Assembly (NCBI RefSeq): GCF_016127575.1
Contig: NZ_CP066018.1
Coordinates: 2,070,001-2,102,000, forward strand
DNA: 32,000 nt
Source of the DNA: Cupriavidus necator
Lineage (GTDB): Bacteria > Pseudomonadota > Gammaproteobacteria > Burkholderiales > Burkholderiaceae
Direction of reading: 5' to 3'
Positions within the stretch are counted from its first letter, which is position 1; each line of letters opens with the position of its first letter. A model generated the notes under the pieces. The model saw only the letters and a program-made list of their open reading frames with translations. It did no database searches and had not been told where the DNA came from. Position numbers and translations under genes: made by a program. Shown here piece by piece: positions 7,103 through 14,816 of this stretch.

Positions 7103-9604
7103 CTAAGCTCGATCGAATCCCCCCAGGTCTGTCACTTTTATAACCTCTGAAAGCAGTATGCCTTTGGTCATTTTAATATCATGCAAAAGCTGCTGGGATA
7201 AGGCGATGTATTTTTGTAGATCTCTACTGTTTTTGGCGTAATATTTATCAGCGGAATTTAGTTTGTGTCTAGATCGATCAAACAGGTCGATCGATTCTTC
7301 AATAATCTTGATTGCTGCATCGCGATTGTTGATACTTTTTGAGTAGTGGTATCGGCCAATCCCCATTCTAAGTAGGCAAACGGACTCGGATTTTCCCTCT
7401 CGATTTGCCTTGGAGATGAATTTGTCACCATTTTCTATATCATTTTTGTGATATAGGATAATTCCGTGGGTTAGCAATGCATCGGCATTTTTGTCATTAA
7501 GTTCGACTGCCTTCGCTGATGCGATAAATGCTAACTCAAGCTTGTGTGCCTTGTTGAGCAGAAACCATGCGAATCGATCATGGAGCGCCGAATTCAAAGG
7601 GTCATCCTGAATCGCTAGCTCGTAGAATTCTTTGGCTTCTGATATTTTTCCCTTTTCCGATGCAATTTTTGCGGCTTTTGCGTATGGACCCTTAAAGGCT
7701 TCTGCTACGCGATCTTTTTTGTACTCTCGATCAATGGCTTCCCTTTCACGAGCATAGCGGTCCACTTCCGCCGCATAATTCATGATCTCTTCACGATCTG
7801 TCGAGGTCAACTTGGCCAGCTTCTGAGAGAAAAAGCGTTTCGCTAGTTCAACGATCTCGAGTTCATAAGTGCTGCCTTGTTTCGTTTGGTTGGCAAAATA
7901 AGTCTCATCGAGACTTAGGATGAACTCATCATGAGGAATGCCAACCTCTTGGCATGCGTGCCCTATTGAGAACTCGTCTGCTGGGCAAGTAATCGCGACT
8001 AAGACAAGAAAAACGGTTCTTTGGCCTTGGGTCATCCTTAGCCAGGCATCCTCATATAGAAATTCCAGTAGCTGATCATTGGTCTTTCGAAGGATGCTCG
8101 TAAGCGCCTCATCAATACCGACCGCCGTTCTGGCAATGTACCTGACAAGAGCATCAATTAATAAGGGCTTTTGCATTAACTGCGTTCCAGCCTTGCGAAG
8201 CGTGTTATCCCCCGCCTGAAGAATAGGCTTCGCACCATACTCTTTCGCTAATCGCCTCATGAGTGCGGTAGATTCGAAGTCGCTTAGTCTAGCAACTTGA
8301 ATTGGTGTGGCGTTCAAGAGTTCGCGGCGCCGGGAAGTCACTATAACTCTACCGATCTTTCTAACCACCTGGTTAAAGAACTCTTCAAGTTCTTCATTAT
8401 CTGAGGTTGAGGAGGTTAGTGTCTCGGTGTTGTCCAGCACGAGGAGCACATCATCTCTCTTGTACCCTTGTTCTTTCAGTTGCTGCTGAACTTTGTCGAT
8501 AAGGGCTGTGCCTTCTACTTTATACCAATCTTTACCCAATACGTCTTGCAGGCAATATATTAATTCTCTAATGCCATCCCCCATCGCGCCAGAGATTCCG
8601 CGGAAATGGACGATTCCCTGATCTGTCCACTTAGTCATCTTGGCGGTATAGTAGCTAATTATTTCAGGAGGTGCATTTAATTCTATTCTTCCGTCCAGTA
8701 TTTGATTCAAAAATTCGAGGGCAAGGGTGGTTTTTCCGTATCCACCGTCTCCATAGATTAGGCAGGATTTTGACTCCTCAGGTTCATTTATCCAGGCCTT
8801 GAGTTTTTCTAACTCTTTTGATCGCCCCTCAAAAATGGATGTCTGCCTTGACGGTATGTTTTGGAAGAGAGTGTGAGGAGAACCATTGCAGATAACCGTG
8901 CTGCAATTGAACTTTCCTGCCTTGGCGAAGCCTTGCTCAGAAAATACGTTCTCCCTAGGGAGGTCGACCAGAAATTCTGCTGCATTTTCCCAGCATAGTT
9001 GTTGGCCAAGAAGTTTCCAAATGCCTTTCTTGGAGGTGATCTTGGAAATGACTACGGCCTTACTATTGTAGACTAGCGGCGTGCTAATTCGCAGATTTTC
9101 AAAGTGATTAGGTAAAACTAGTTCAGCGCTGCCCTCTGTGTAGACCGGTAGTGAATTGGAAAAGATTGATAATGCCTTCTTTAGGAGGGTTTCGGCCTTC
9201 GGCGTCCAGTCACGAATGTCGCCTTGGTCAGTCACTCCGTGTGCAAGCACCTTGTTTCTGAATTCAACCCATTCGATAATCTCTGATATCAGTGGTGAGC
9301 CGAAATTAGGTGTGGCCTCGTACCATCCTCTTAGAAAATCGGGGTATATAAATGATCTTATTAGAGGGGTGGCTTTGTCCAATAGCTCCCCCGGCAAACC
9401 GTCGGCCGGCTGATGGAAACGGGAGGCCAGGTAGTCGAAATCTGATTGTTCTGAGCTGCTCAAGTTTCGACGGATAATTTCCAAAGAGACTATGGAGCAA
9501 GCTTGCAGTAAAGAGCGTAGTGTGGAGTTAATATGAGTCAGCTTCTCTAGCGAAGATGTCATATTACTGATGACCGATATCTCTCTTGAGTAGATTTCTA
9601 TCAT
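7103..9604 (-). CDS. STAND (NB-ARC-like) P-loop NTPase with C-terminal TPR-like repeats and a HEPN-like N-terminal domain; Avs/NLR-like architecture
   Basis: Walker A LIYGDGGYGKTTLA and Walker B DDVLLVLDNTE. The C-terminal roughly 200 aa are helical-repeat/TPR-like (EAKEFYELAIQDDPLNSALHDRFAWFLL..., AKAVELNDKNADALLTHGIILY). The N-terminal helical domain contains VEFRNKVLAHG (R-x5-H). GC is about 38% in the one 60-nt line I counted (7141-7200). Confidence 0.8.
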   Translation of the reverse strand: MIEIYSREISVISNMTSSLEKLTHINSTLRSLLQACSIVSLEIIRRNLSSSEQSDFDYLASRFHQPADGLPGELLDKATPLIRSFIYPDFLRGWYEATPNFGSPLISEIIEWVEFRNKVLAHGVTDQGDIRDWTPKAETLLKKALSIFSNSLPVYTEGSAELVLPNHFENLRISTPLVYNSKAVVISKITSKKGIWKLLGQQLCWENAAEFLVDLPRENVFSEQGFAKAGKFNCSTVICNGSPHTLFQNIPSRQTSIFEGRSKELEKLKAWINEPEESKSCLIYGDGGYGKTTLALEFLNQILDGRIELNAPPEIISYYTAKMTKWTDQGIVHFRGISGAMGDGIRELIYCLQDVLGKDWYKVEGTALIDKVQQQLKEQGYKRDDVLLVLDNTETLTSSTSDNEELEEFFNQVVRKIGRVIVTSRRRELLNATPIQVARLSDFESTALMRRLAKEYGAKPILQAGDNTLRKAGTQLMQKPLLIDALVRYIARTAVGIDEALTSILRKTNDQLLEFLYEDAWLRMTQGQRTVFLVLVAITCPADEFSIGHACQEVGIPHDEFILSLDETYFANQTKQGSTYELEIVELAKRFFSQKLAKLTSTDREEIMNYAAEVDRYAREREAIDREYKKDRVAEAFKGPYAKAAKIASEKGKISEAKEFYELAIQDDPLNSALHDRFAWFLLNKAHKLELAFIASAKAVELNDKNADALLTHGIILYHKNDIENGDKFISKANREGKSESVCLLRMGIGRYHYSKSINNRDAAIKIIEESIDLFDRSRHKLNSADKYYAKNSRDLQKYIALSQQLLHDIKMTKGILLSEVIKVTDLGGFDRA

Positions 9605-9976
9605 TGGGATTCTATTTTGGATTGTTGTTTAGGGAGTATCCTATTTCGCGATTTTCTAGATGGTATCATCAGGACAACGACTGCGGGTAATCGCCATTGA
9701 GCCGATAGCGGCCGGATCGTCATTGGCTATTGGGCAAGCGCTCTGCATAGAGCGTTCTCTATCCTGCGCAGTTCTCTTTCGAACCCTGCCGAGGCAGTGC
9801 ACTGCTATCTAGTCCACTCGAGCGTGCCTCGATGAACGTCCAAATGGCGGCTATTGGGTCTTCGTCGCGCCATAGCCGGTAACCAATCCGATAGTCCCCT
9901 TTGGCACTACTATGTTGTCTCTGGCAGAGATTGAGGGACCCGCAGCAAAGAATCTACGAATCCCTTCCCTCTGCGG

Positions 9977-10192
9977 CTACTCCGAGGAAATTACGACAAC
10001 CTTGTTCCGTACTTCCACCGTGAGCGCTTGCCCGATCTTGAAGCCTGCCTGTTCCAACCATACCCCACCTAACCGAATCCATGGAACGCATCGCATCCCA
10101 CTATAGCGATTGCCTTCGGTTGCCTTGACCCGGAAATGCCTGTAGCTGGTCGTGAATGTGCGCACGTGCGCAGTGGAAGATATCTTCCGCAT
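9977..10192 (-). CDS. symE: SymE-family (AbrB/SpoVT-fold) type I toxin-like protein
   Basis: VPWIRLGGVWLEQAGFKIGQALTVEVRNKVVVI matches the hallmark of E. coli SymE (IPAITLKGQWLEAAGF..G..V.V). I chose the internal ATG at 10192 because AGGAG lies 7 nt upstream; the track ORF extends to 10231. Confidence 0.7.
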   Translation of the reverse strand: MRKISSTAHVRTFTTSYRHFRVKATEGNRYSGMRCVPWIRLGGVWLEQAGFKIGQALTVEVRNKVVVISSE

Positions 10193-10470
10193 AGCGAACT
10201 CCTGATTCGAAATTTGAATTCGCCCGTGCAAGCAGGGCGGCCGGGCACTTGAACACCGCCCGCAGATCGGCCCGCATGTTTCCCCTTTCGGGTCTTGTAT
10301 CGATGCGCGCTGCCCGGCCTTAGCAGAAAGCTATGGAAGACACGCCACGACTGTCGGACGTGGCAACGCTGCGGGGGGTGTGTTCAGCACCGATAGCTAG
10401 GCTAAGGATTGCGGATACTGCCGCCAATGAGACAACTCTGCATTGCGGTACCGCAACCCATAAGGGCGGA

Positions 10471-10517
10471 GAAAGCGGCGGATCTATTTCAAGTTCAAAG
10501 ATAGATCTGTGCCCTTT
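10471..10517. repeat. AGATCT-centred palindromic element, copy 2 (degenerate)
   Basis: gaaagcggcggatctatttcaagttcaaagatagatctgtgcccttt. It shares the gatctatttcaa / atagatctg core and the trailing tttcg with the other copies. Confidence 0.65.
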
Positions 10518-10529
10518 CGTCCGGTCCGC

Positions 10530-11170
10530 CACCCTCATGAGACTTCGGCACCTCCATCAAGCTGCACCTCGTCCGACACAGGCCAAAACTTCCCGACCAG
10601 CCTTTCACGCGGAATCGATGCAATCGCAGCCGTACTCAAGCCTTCGCTGTCGACAGAAATGCCCCTCTGCCGCCGACAGGGCAAGGGCGACGCCCTGTGC
10701 GGGGGTCGGAAACGTCGGACGGAACGCCTCGCGATGCGACCAGATCCATTGCGCGACTTCGTCGACGCAACGCTGCGCAAGCGCGGCGTCTCCGGTTGTG
10801 GTGCACACAACCGCCGGGCCGGGGGCCGCGATATCCGCGTAGGGGAAACCGTGGAACCACGAGCAGTCGATCACGCCGGGCTGTGCGGGCGGCCAGCTTC
10901 CGGCAAACGTCGTTGACTTCCGCCGGGATGAGCCCGTCTTGTGTCGTCACGATGTACGGCAGCATCGGCAGGCGTCGCATTGCGGTGACTGGTTTGAGCC
11001 CGCCCCGAATCATCTCAAGCAGCAGCTCGACGGCTTCGACGCCCCGGTCATGGAAGTCGGTATGCGGATACAGCTTGCACGGCAACGTCAGGTCGCAAGC
11101 GGCAGCCAGCTTCTGCAGCCTGCGTTGCAAGCCCGACACCATGTGTCGAGCTTCGGTTGAGGCTTTCTGG
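10530..11170 (-). pseudogene. M81-family (MlrC-like) metallopeptidase remnant, 5'-truncated and frameshifted
   Basis: Family-like segments lie in different minus-strand frames. One is ...KLYPHTDFHDRGVEAVELLLEMIRGGLKPVTAMRRLPMLPYIVTTQ... (frame of 10636..11217). The other is ...DCSWFHGFPYADIAAPGPAVVCTTTGDAALAQRCVDEVAQWIWSHREAF... (frame of 10605..10874). No intact ORF exists. Confidence 0.55.
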
Positions 11171-11980
11171 CTAGTTGCCGGTTGCCAACGCAGGCGCGGC
11201 AGCGGCGTTCGTGTCACTCGATCCCATTTCGGCCAGTCCTACGGTGTAATGACCGCCGGCCTCCCTCTTCAGGGCGAGAAGGTCATAGGTCTTCAGCATG
11301 TCCACCAAGCCCGAATGTCCATAGCTGGCGGGCGAGAAGCTGGGGTCAGTACGCTTGAGATACTGTCCCAGCGCGCCGAGATGCACACGGCCCTCGGAGG
11401 TGTTTGCGGCAAGCAAGCTGATGGCTTCGATCACAAACCTGGGCCGCCGTTTGACTTGAGGCTGCTTTGGCGGAGTTGGCTTCGTCTGGATGGGAGCACC
11501 CCCGACCGCCTCGGTAACCGCTGTGGGGGCCGGTGTCCACTCGAAGAACTGGTCGCTGGCATTGCGCAGCGCTTCGGGCGTCTTTGATTCTCCAACGATG
11601 CAAACCGTCGCGCCACGCTCTCGGAGCTTACGGCAGAGATAGGCAAAATCAGAGTCGCTGGTTACCAGGCAGAACTTGTCAGCCCGGTGGTCGAACATGG
11701 CTTCCAGCGCATCCAGCGCCAGCGCTATGTCGGCGGTGTTCTTTCCCGCCGCGTATTGATACTGAAGGCAAGGCGTAAAAGCCTGCCGAACCAGAGCTTC
11801 TTGCCATGTCTTTCCGAGCGTGCTCTGATTGCCATAGCCGCGCCGGAGCACCACGCGTCCAAACTGGGCCACAACGCGAAGGGCGTAGTCCAGTATCTCC
11901 GGCGTTGTGTTATCGCAGTCGACAAGTACGGCAACGCGAGATTCGGCAACGAGGGGTGGTGCGCTCATCTGTTCGCTCAT
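11171..11980 (-). CDS. NYN-domain (LabA-like PIN-fold) protein with C-terminal OST-HTH/LOTUS-like domain
   Basis: VAVLVDCDNT...GKNTADIALALDA...FCLVTSDSDFAYLCRKLRERGATVCIVG is the NYN layout. The C-terminal part (GRVHLGALGQYLKRTDPSFSPASYGHSGLVDMLKTYDLL) is LOTUS-like. The start is uncertain: ATG 11980 (MSEQM) or upstream up to 12076. Confidence 0.7.
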   Translation of the reverse strand: MSEQMSAPPLVAESRVAVLVDCDNTTPEILDYALRVVAQFGRVVLRRGYGNQSTLGKTWQEALVRQAFTPCLQYQYAAGKNTADIALALDALEAMFDHRADKFCLVTSDSDFAYLCRKLRERGATVCIVGESKTPEALRNASDQFFEWTPAPTAVTEAVGGAPIQTKPTPPKQPQVKRRPRFVIEAISLLAANTSEGRVHLGALGQYLKRTDPSFSPASYGHSGLVDMLKTYDLLALKREAGGHYTVGLAEMGSSDTNAAAAPALATGN

Positions 11981-12216
11981 CGAGTGACGAAGGGTGACGT
12001 CATGATAATGGCAAATCGATTCCCGTCCGTCGAGCGCGTTCCCCGACTGAAGGGCAGCCCGCAAGGGTAGTACCAATTGACGATTGTTGGTCAGTCGCGG
12101 CAGGGCCGGGAATCCGCCAAATGCCGGAGCGGGAACAGGGTCCCGCCCCAGACGGCCTGCCGGCTAACGATTGCCCGATAGCCGGGACGGGGAAAAGAGT
12201 CGATCAAAATGGCGAA

Positions 12217-12552
12217 TTACTGAGAGCTTCCGAACAAACCAATTCCCAGCGGCGGATCAAACGAACCGGCTTCATCGGTCCAGCCGTCGAGGTTGCCGCA
12301 TTTGACCCGGTAGGAAACTAATGCTTTTGTCTCGACGTTGACCAGTCGGCATCGTGTGCCCGGCTGAACGGTTCCCTCGAAAGGCCCGTGCCGTTGCAGA
12401 ACGTCAAGCGGGGCTCTATGCAGCGGAACGGGTGCTACTGCCGTTCGCCCCACAACGTCAATGGTATATCCACCGAACCAAGCGTAAGCGAGGCTGAACG
12501 CAACGGCACATACGCCCCAGACGAACACCTTACCAATTGCCAGACGCGCCAC
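12217..12552 (-). CDS. Small membrane-anchored protein, candidate immunity protein for the upstream effector
   Basis: Proposed GTG start at 12552 (GGAAGG upstream), overlapping the last 23 nt of the effector gene. The N-terminal hydrophobic helix is LAIGKVFVWGVCAVAFSLAYAWFGG, followed by a soluble domain. The immunity role is inferred from position only. Confidence 0.45.
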   Translation of the reverse strand: MARLAIGKVFVWGVCAVAFSLAYAWFGGYTIDVVGRTAVAPVPLHRAPLDVLQRHGPFEGTVQPGTRCRLVNVETKALVSYRVKCGNLDGWTDEAGSFDPPLGIGLFGSSQ

Positions 12553-13099
12553 CTTCGTAACCCTTCCCGTAGAATCTACGTTCGACAAGCCGGTTTGACT
12601 TTTCCAGTGCGGCCAGCAATTCCGCAGGGGATACCGGCATCGGGAGATAGCGGGGATCATGCGCCATGATGCCAATCATCTCCAGCACGTCCGCGACATT
12701 CGAACTACACGAATTATCGAGCACACTATACTCCGCGTCGGCCATTACCCGTCTGTCCAGTTCGACACGGATAATGGTTCTTTCGCGGGGGCTAACCCAT
12801 AAATACAGGCCAACTACATCACGCTTGACCCTTTGCGTATTGCTCTTAAGGTATTCCGCAAGCGGGCCCTTGTAGTACCTTTCATGCGCTCGGCTGTACA
12901 CCGTACCGTCTATGCCTATGGCAACGTGTCCGAAGGCGGATGCAGGGCGTGGCAAGCTGTCGAAGACAAACACCTCAACGTACTCTCGCTTGATATAGAC
13001 GGACTTCGGCTCATCATTGTTGATAGGTGTCGTCGCACGCGTGGTGACCTTTGTCATCCGCTTGTTGTTTGGGGAAATGATCGTATCAGTCATATTCAT
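12530..13099 (-). CDS. Candidate T6SS cargo effector with permuted papain-like (PPPDE/DeSI-like) His...Cys signature
   Basis: ATGA start/stop overlap with the PAAR gene. FGHVAIGIDGTVYS (His) is followed about 70 aa later by YSVLDNSCSSNVADVLEMIG (Cys). That order and spacing match PPPDE-type peptidases. Confidence 0.45.
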   Translation of the reverse strand: MNMTDTIISPNNKRMTKVTTRATTPINNDEPKSVYIKREYVEVFVFDSLPRPASAFGHVAIGIDGTVYSRAHERYYKGPLAEYLKSNTQRVKRDVVGLYLWVSPRERTIIRVELDRRVMADAEYSVLDNSCSSNVADVLEMIGIMAHDPRYLPMPVSPAELLAALEKSNRLVERRFYGKGYEGGASGNW

Positions 13100-13644
13100 C
13101 CTTCCACATAAATTGCAACGTCTTCCGATTGTGTGACGCTCGATAGCAGGTGGGTATGTCCATCGGCGTCTGTCGTGCCGTGTTCGATTTCACCGTTTCC
13201 TCGCCTGATCGCGTAGGCAATACTCGGAACTGGCTCTTGCGAACTCGCGTCGCGAATGACAAAGCGCTCGTCATATGCGAGCACTGAAGCTCTATCTTCG
13301 GATGCGCCGCCATGGATAGCGTTACTCGATGTCTGCGTTTGGTCGTACCCGCTGCGAGAAACCTCAATCGTGAAATCGTTCTGGGTAGGGAATACGAAAG
13401 GCTTGTCTGCACACTGGCAGTTGACGCGGGCGCCACTCACAAGGATTTGTTTGCCGAAGAGATCAAAAGCCGGATAACAATCGTTCACAACCGATCCGCT
13501 GGATTTGCAGGCTGGACACGTCGCAATGTCCCCTTCCACGCCGACGCTCACGCCGTGGTGGATCATGTGGTTTGTATGGGCCATAAGTTGGCCGCCCGTG
13601 CTGGTTGGATCGCCATTCTTTAGTGCGTAGCGAATATCCGGCAT
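13096..13644 (-). CDS. PAAR-domain protein (T6SS spike tip) with C-terminal beta-rich extension
   Basis: MPDIRYALKNGDPTSTGGQLM...GVEGDIATCPACKSSGSVV...GARVNCQCADKP is the PAAR pattern with CxxC / CxC. AAGGAGA lies 5 nt before ATG 13644; the track ORF extends to 13884. The C-terminus (YAIRRGNGEIEHGTTDADGHTHLL...VAIYVEG) is paralogous to the tail of 27054..27608. Confidence 0.8.
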   Translation of the reverse strand: MPDIRYALKNGDPTSTGGQLMAHTNHMIHHGVSVGVEGDIATCPACKSSGSVVNDCYPAFDLFGKQILVSGARVNCQCADKPFVFPTQNDFTIEVSRSGYDQTQTSSNAIHGGASEDRASVLAYDERFVIRDASSQEPVPSIAYAIRRGNGEIEHGTTDADGHTHLLSSVTQSEDVAIYVEG

Positions 13645-13891
13645 TGCCTTCTCCTTGTCATGGACGAAGCTCCATCGATCGTGGCAGATCGCCACCATGG
13701 GATAGAACTGCACGCGGGTTATGGCCGCAATCAGACAAAGCCTAAAAGGCACTGCGAATATTCCCCCTTCGATACCCCAGCGCTGCGCCACCGCCTGCCC
13801 CGGCGTTCGCATCGATCTCAGGGAATGAACAGCCAGGAAGTTCAGCAGTCGCTGCACACGCGGCACAAGGAGAAAGGCACACACAAGGAGA

Positions 13892-13942
13892 AAGGGGACA
13901 GATCTATTTCAAGGTCTAGGTCAGAAATAGATCTGTCCCCTT
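13892..13942. repeat. AGATCT-centred palindromic element, copy 3 (perfect 19-bp arms)
   Basis: aaggggacagatctatttc-N13-gaaatagatctgtcccctt, identical to copy 4. Confidence 0.9.
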
Positions 13943-14057
13943 CGCCCCGTCCCCTTAGCCCCAATGGCGGCCATGTGATCTTCCGTTGAGCCAAGAGGAT
14001 AAGGAGGGTGGGGGTGGGCAAGGGTCGGAAGGGGCGACGGATTACCGATGCGGTCAG

Positions 14058-14660
14058 TCAGCCCTCACCCCGCTGCAAAAACCCCCGCAAAAACAACCGA
14101 ACAGCACGCCGCACCTTCTCACGCCGCGGCGCATCCAACCCCGCCACATCCAATCCCTGAACCGCCCGATGGAACGGCTCGGCCGCCACGCTCTGCAGGA
14201 ACGGCGAGGCCACGAAGGCGATCTCGTCATCGCTCGGATTGCCGGCAGCCCATGTGCGGAATACCGGCTCGAATGAGCGTGCCGCGCCGAGGATGGCGAA
14301 GTCGACTACGGTTCGGGCCAGTTGTGGAAACCGCGGTGCTTCAGCAATCGTCACGCGATACAGGCCCAGGACCTCGGGTCGCAGGATTCATTCGAGCAGC
14401 TCGCAGGCCATGCGGACCAGGCGTTCCTCCAGCGGCTCGCTGTCGGCTTGCGCCGGCTGTCCGGTTCGCAGGTTCTGCGCCACGTAGCGCAGCACGGCCG
14501 CCTCGAAGACTTCTGCCTTGCCGGCGAAGCGGGTGTAGTAGGTCTTCTTGGAAATGCCGGCGGCGGCGGCAATGGCCTCCACGCTGGTGGCGCCATAGCC
14601 ATGCTCAATGAAGAGCCGGGTGGCGTGATCCATGATGGTGTCGGCAAGCTGCCCGGCCCG
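14058..14660 (-). pseudogene. TetR-family regulator pseudogene (paralogue of 23552..24238): 5'-truncated with a premature stop
   Basis: Nearly identical to the intact copy except for a W-to-stop change (TGG to TGA at 14388-14390, ...ELLE* versus ELLEWILRP). Homology is lost upstream of ...RAGQLADTIM at 14660. Confidence 0.85.
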
Positions 14661-14685
14661 ACCAGCGCACGAACGGCAAGCGCCA

Positions 14686-14791
14686 GATTGCCGACGAAGC
14701 CGCCAACGTTCGCCAGGCTGTTGATCGCACCGATGCACGCCGCTGCCGTCGTCCCGCCGAGGAATGCCGTCGGCAACGTCCACATGATCGG
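14686..14791 (-). pseudogene. Short MFS-transporter-like fragment
   Basis: PIMWTLPTAFLGGTTAAACIGAINSLANVGGFVGN resembles a C-terminal MFS helix motif (linsigNlgGfvgP). It is bounded by a stop upstream and by the TetR-duplication junction downstream. Confidence 0.35.
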
Positions 14792-14816
14792 CTAGAAGCT
14801 GATGATCCCTGCTTTG

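Noticed and set aside
9700-9905. Possible gene remnant on the minus strand (translates as ...KGDYRIGYRLWRDEDPIAAIWTFIEARSSG...), vaguely like a LysR-type C-terminus
   Set aside because: It is only about 50 codons, with no start and no diagnostic motif, so I cannot support a call without a database search.
10333-11587. Plus-strand ORFs 10333..10842, 10509..10916 and 10697..11587 (up to 296 aa)
   Set aside because: They overlap the minus-strand M81 remnant and the NYN gene. The products are Arg/Ser/Pro-rich with no motifs, so these are high-GC shadow ORFs.
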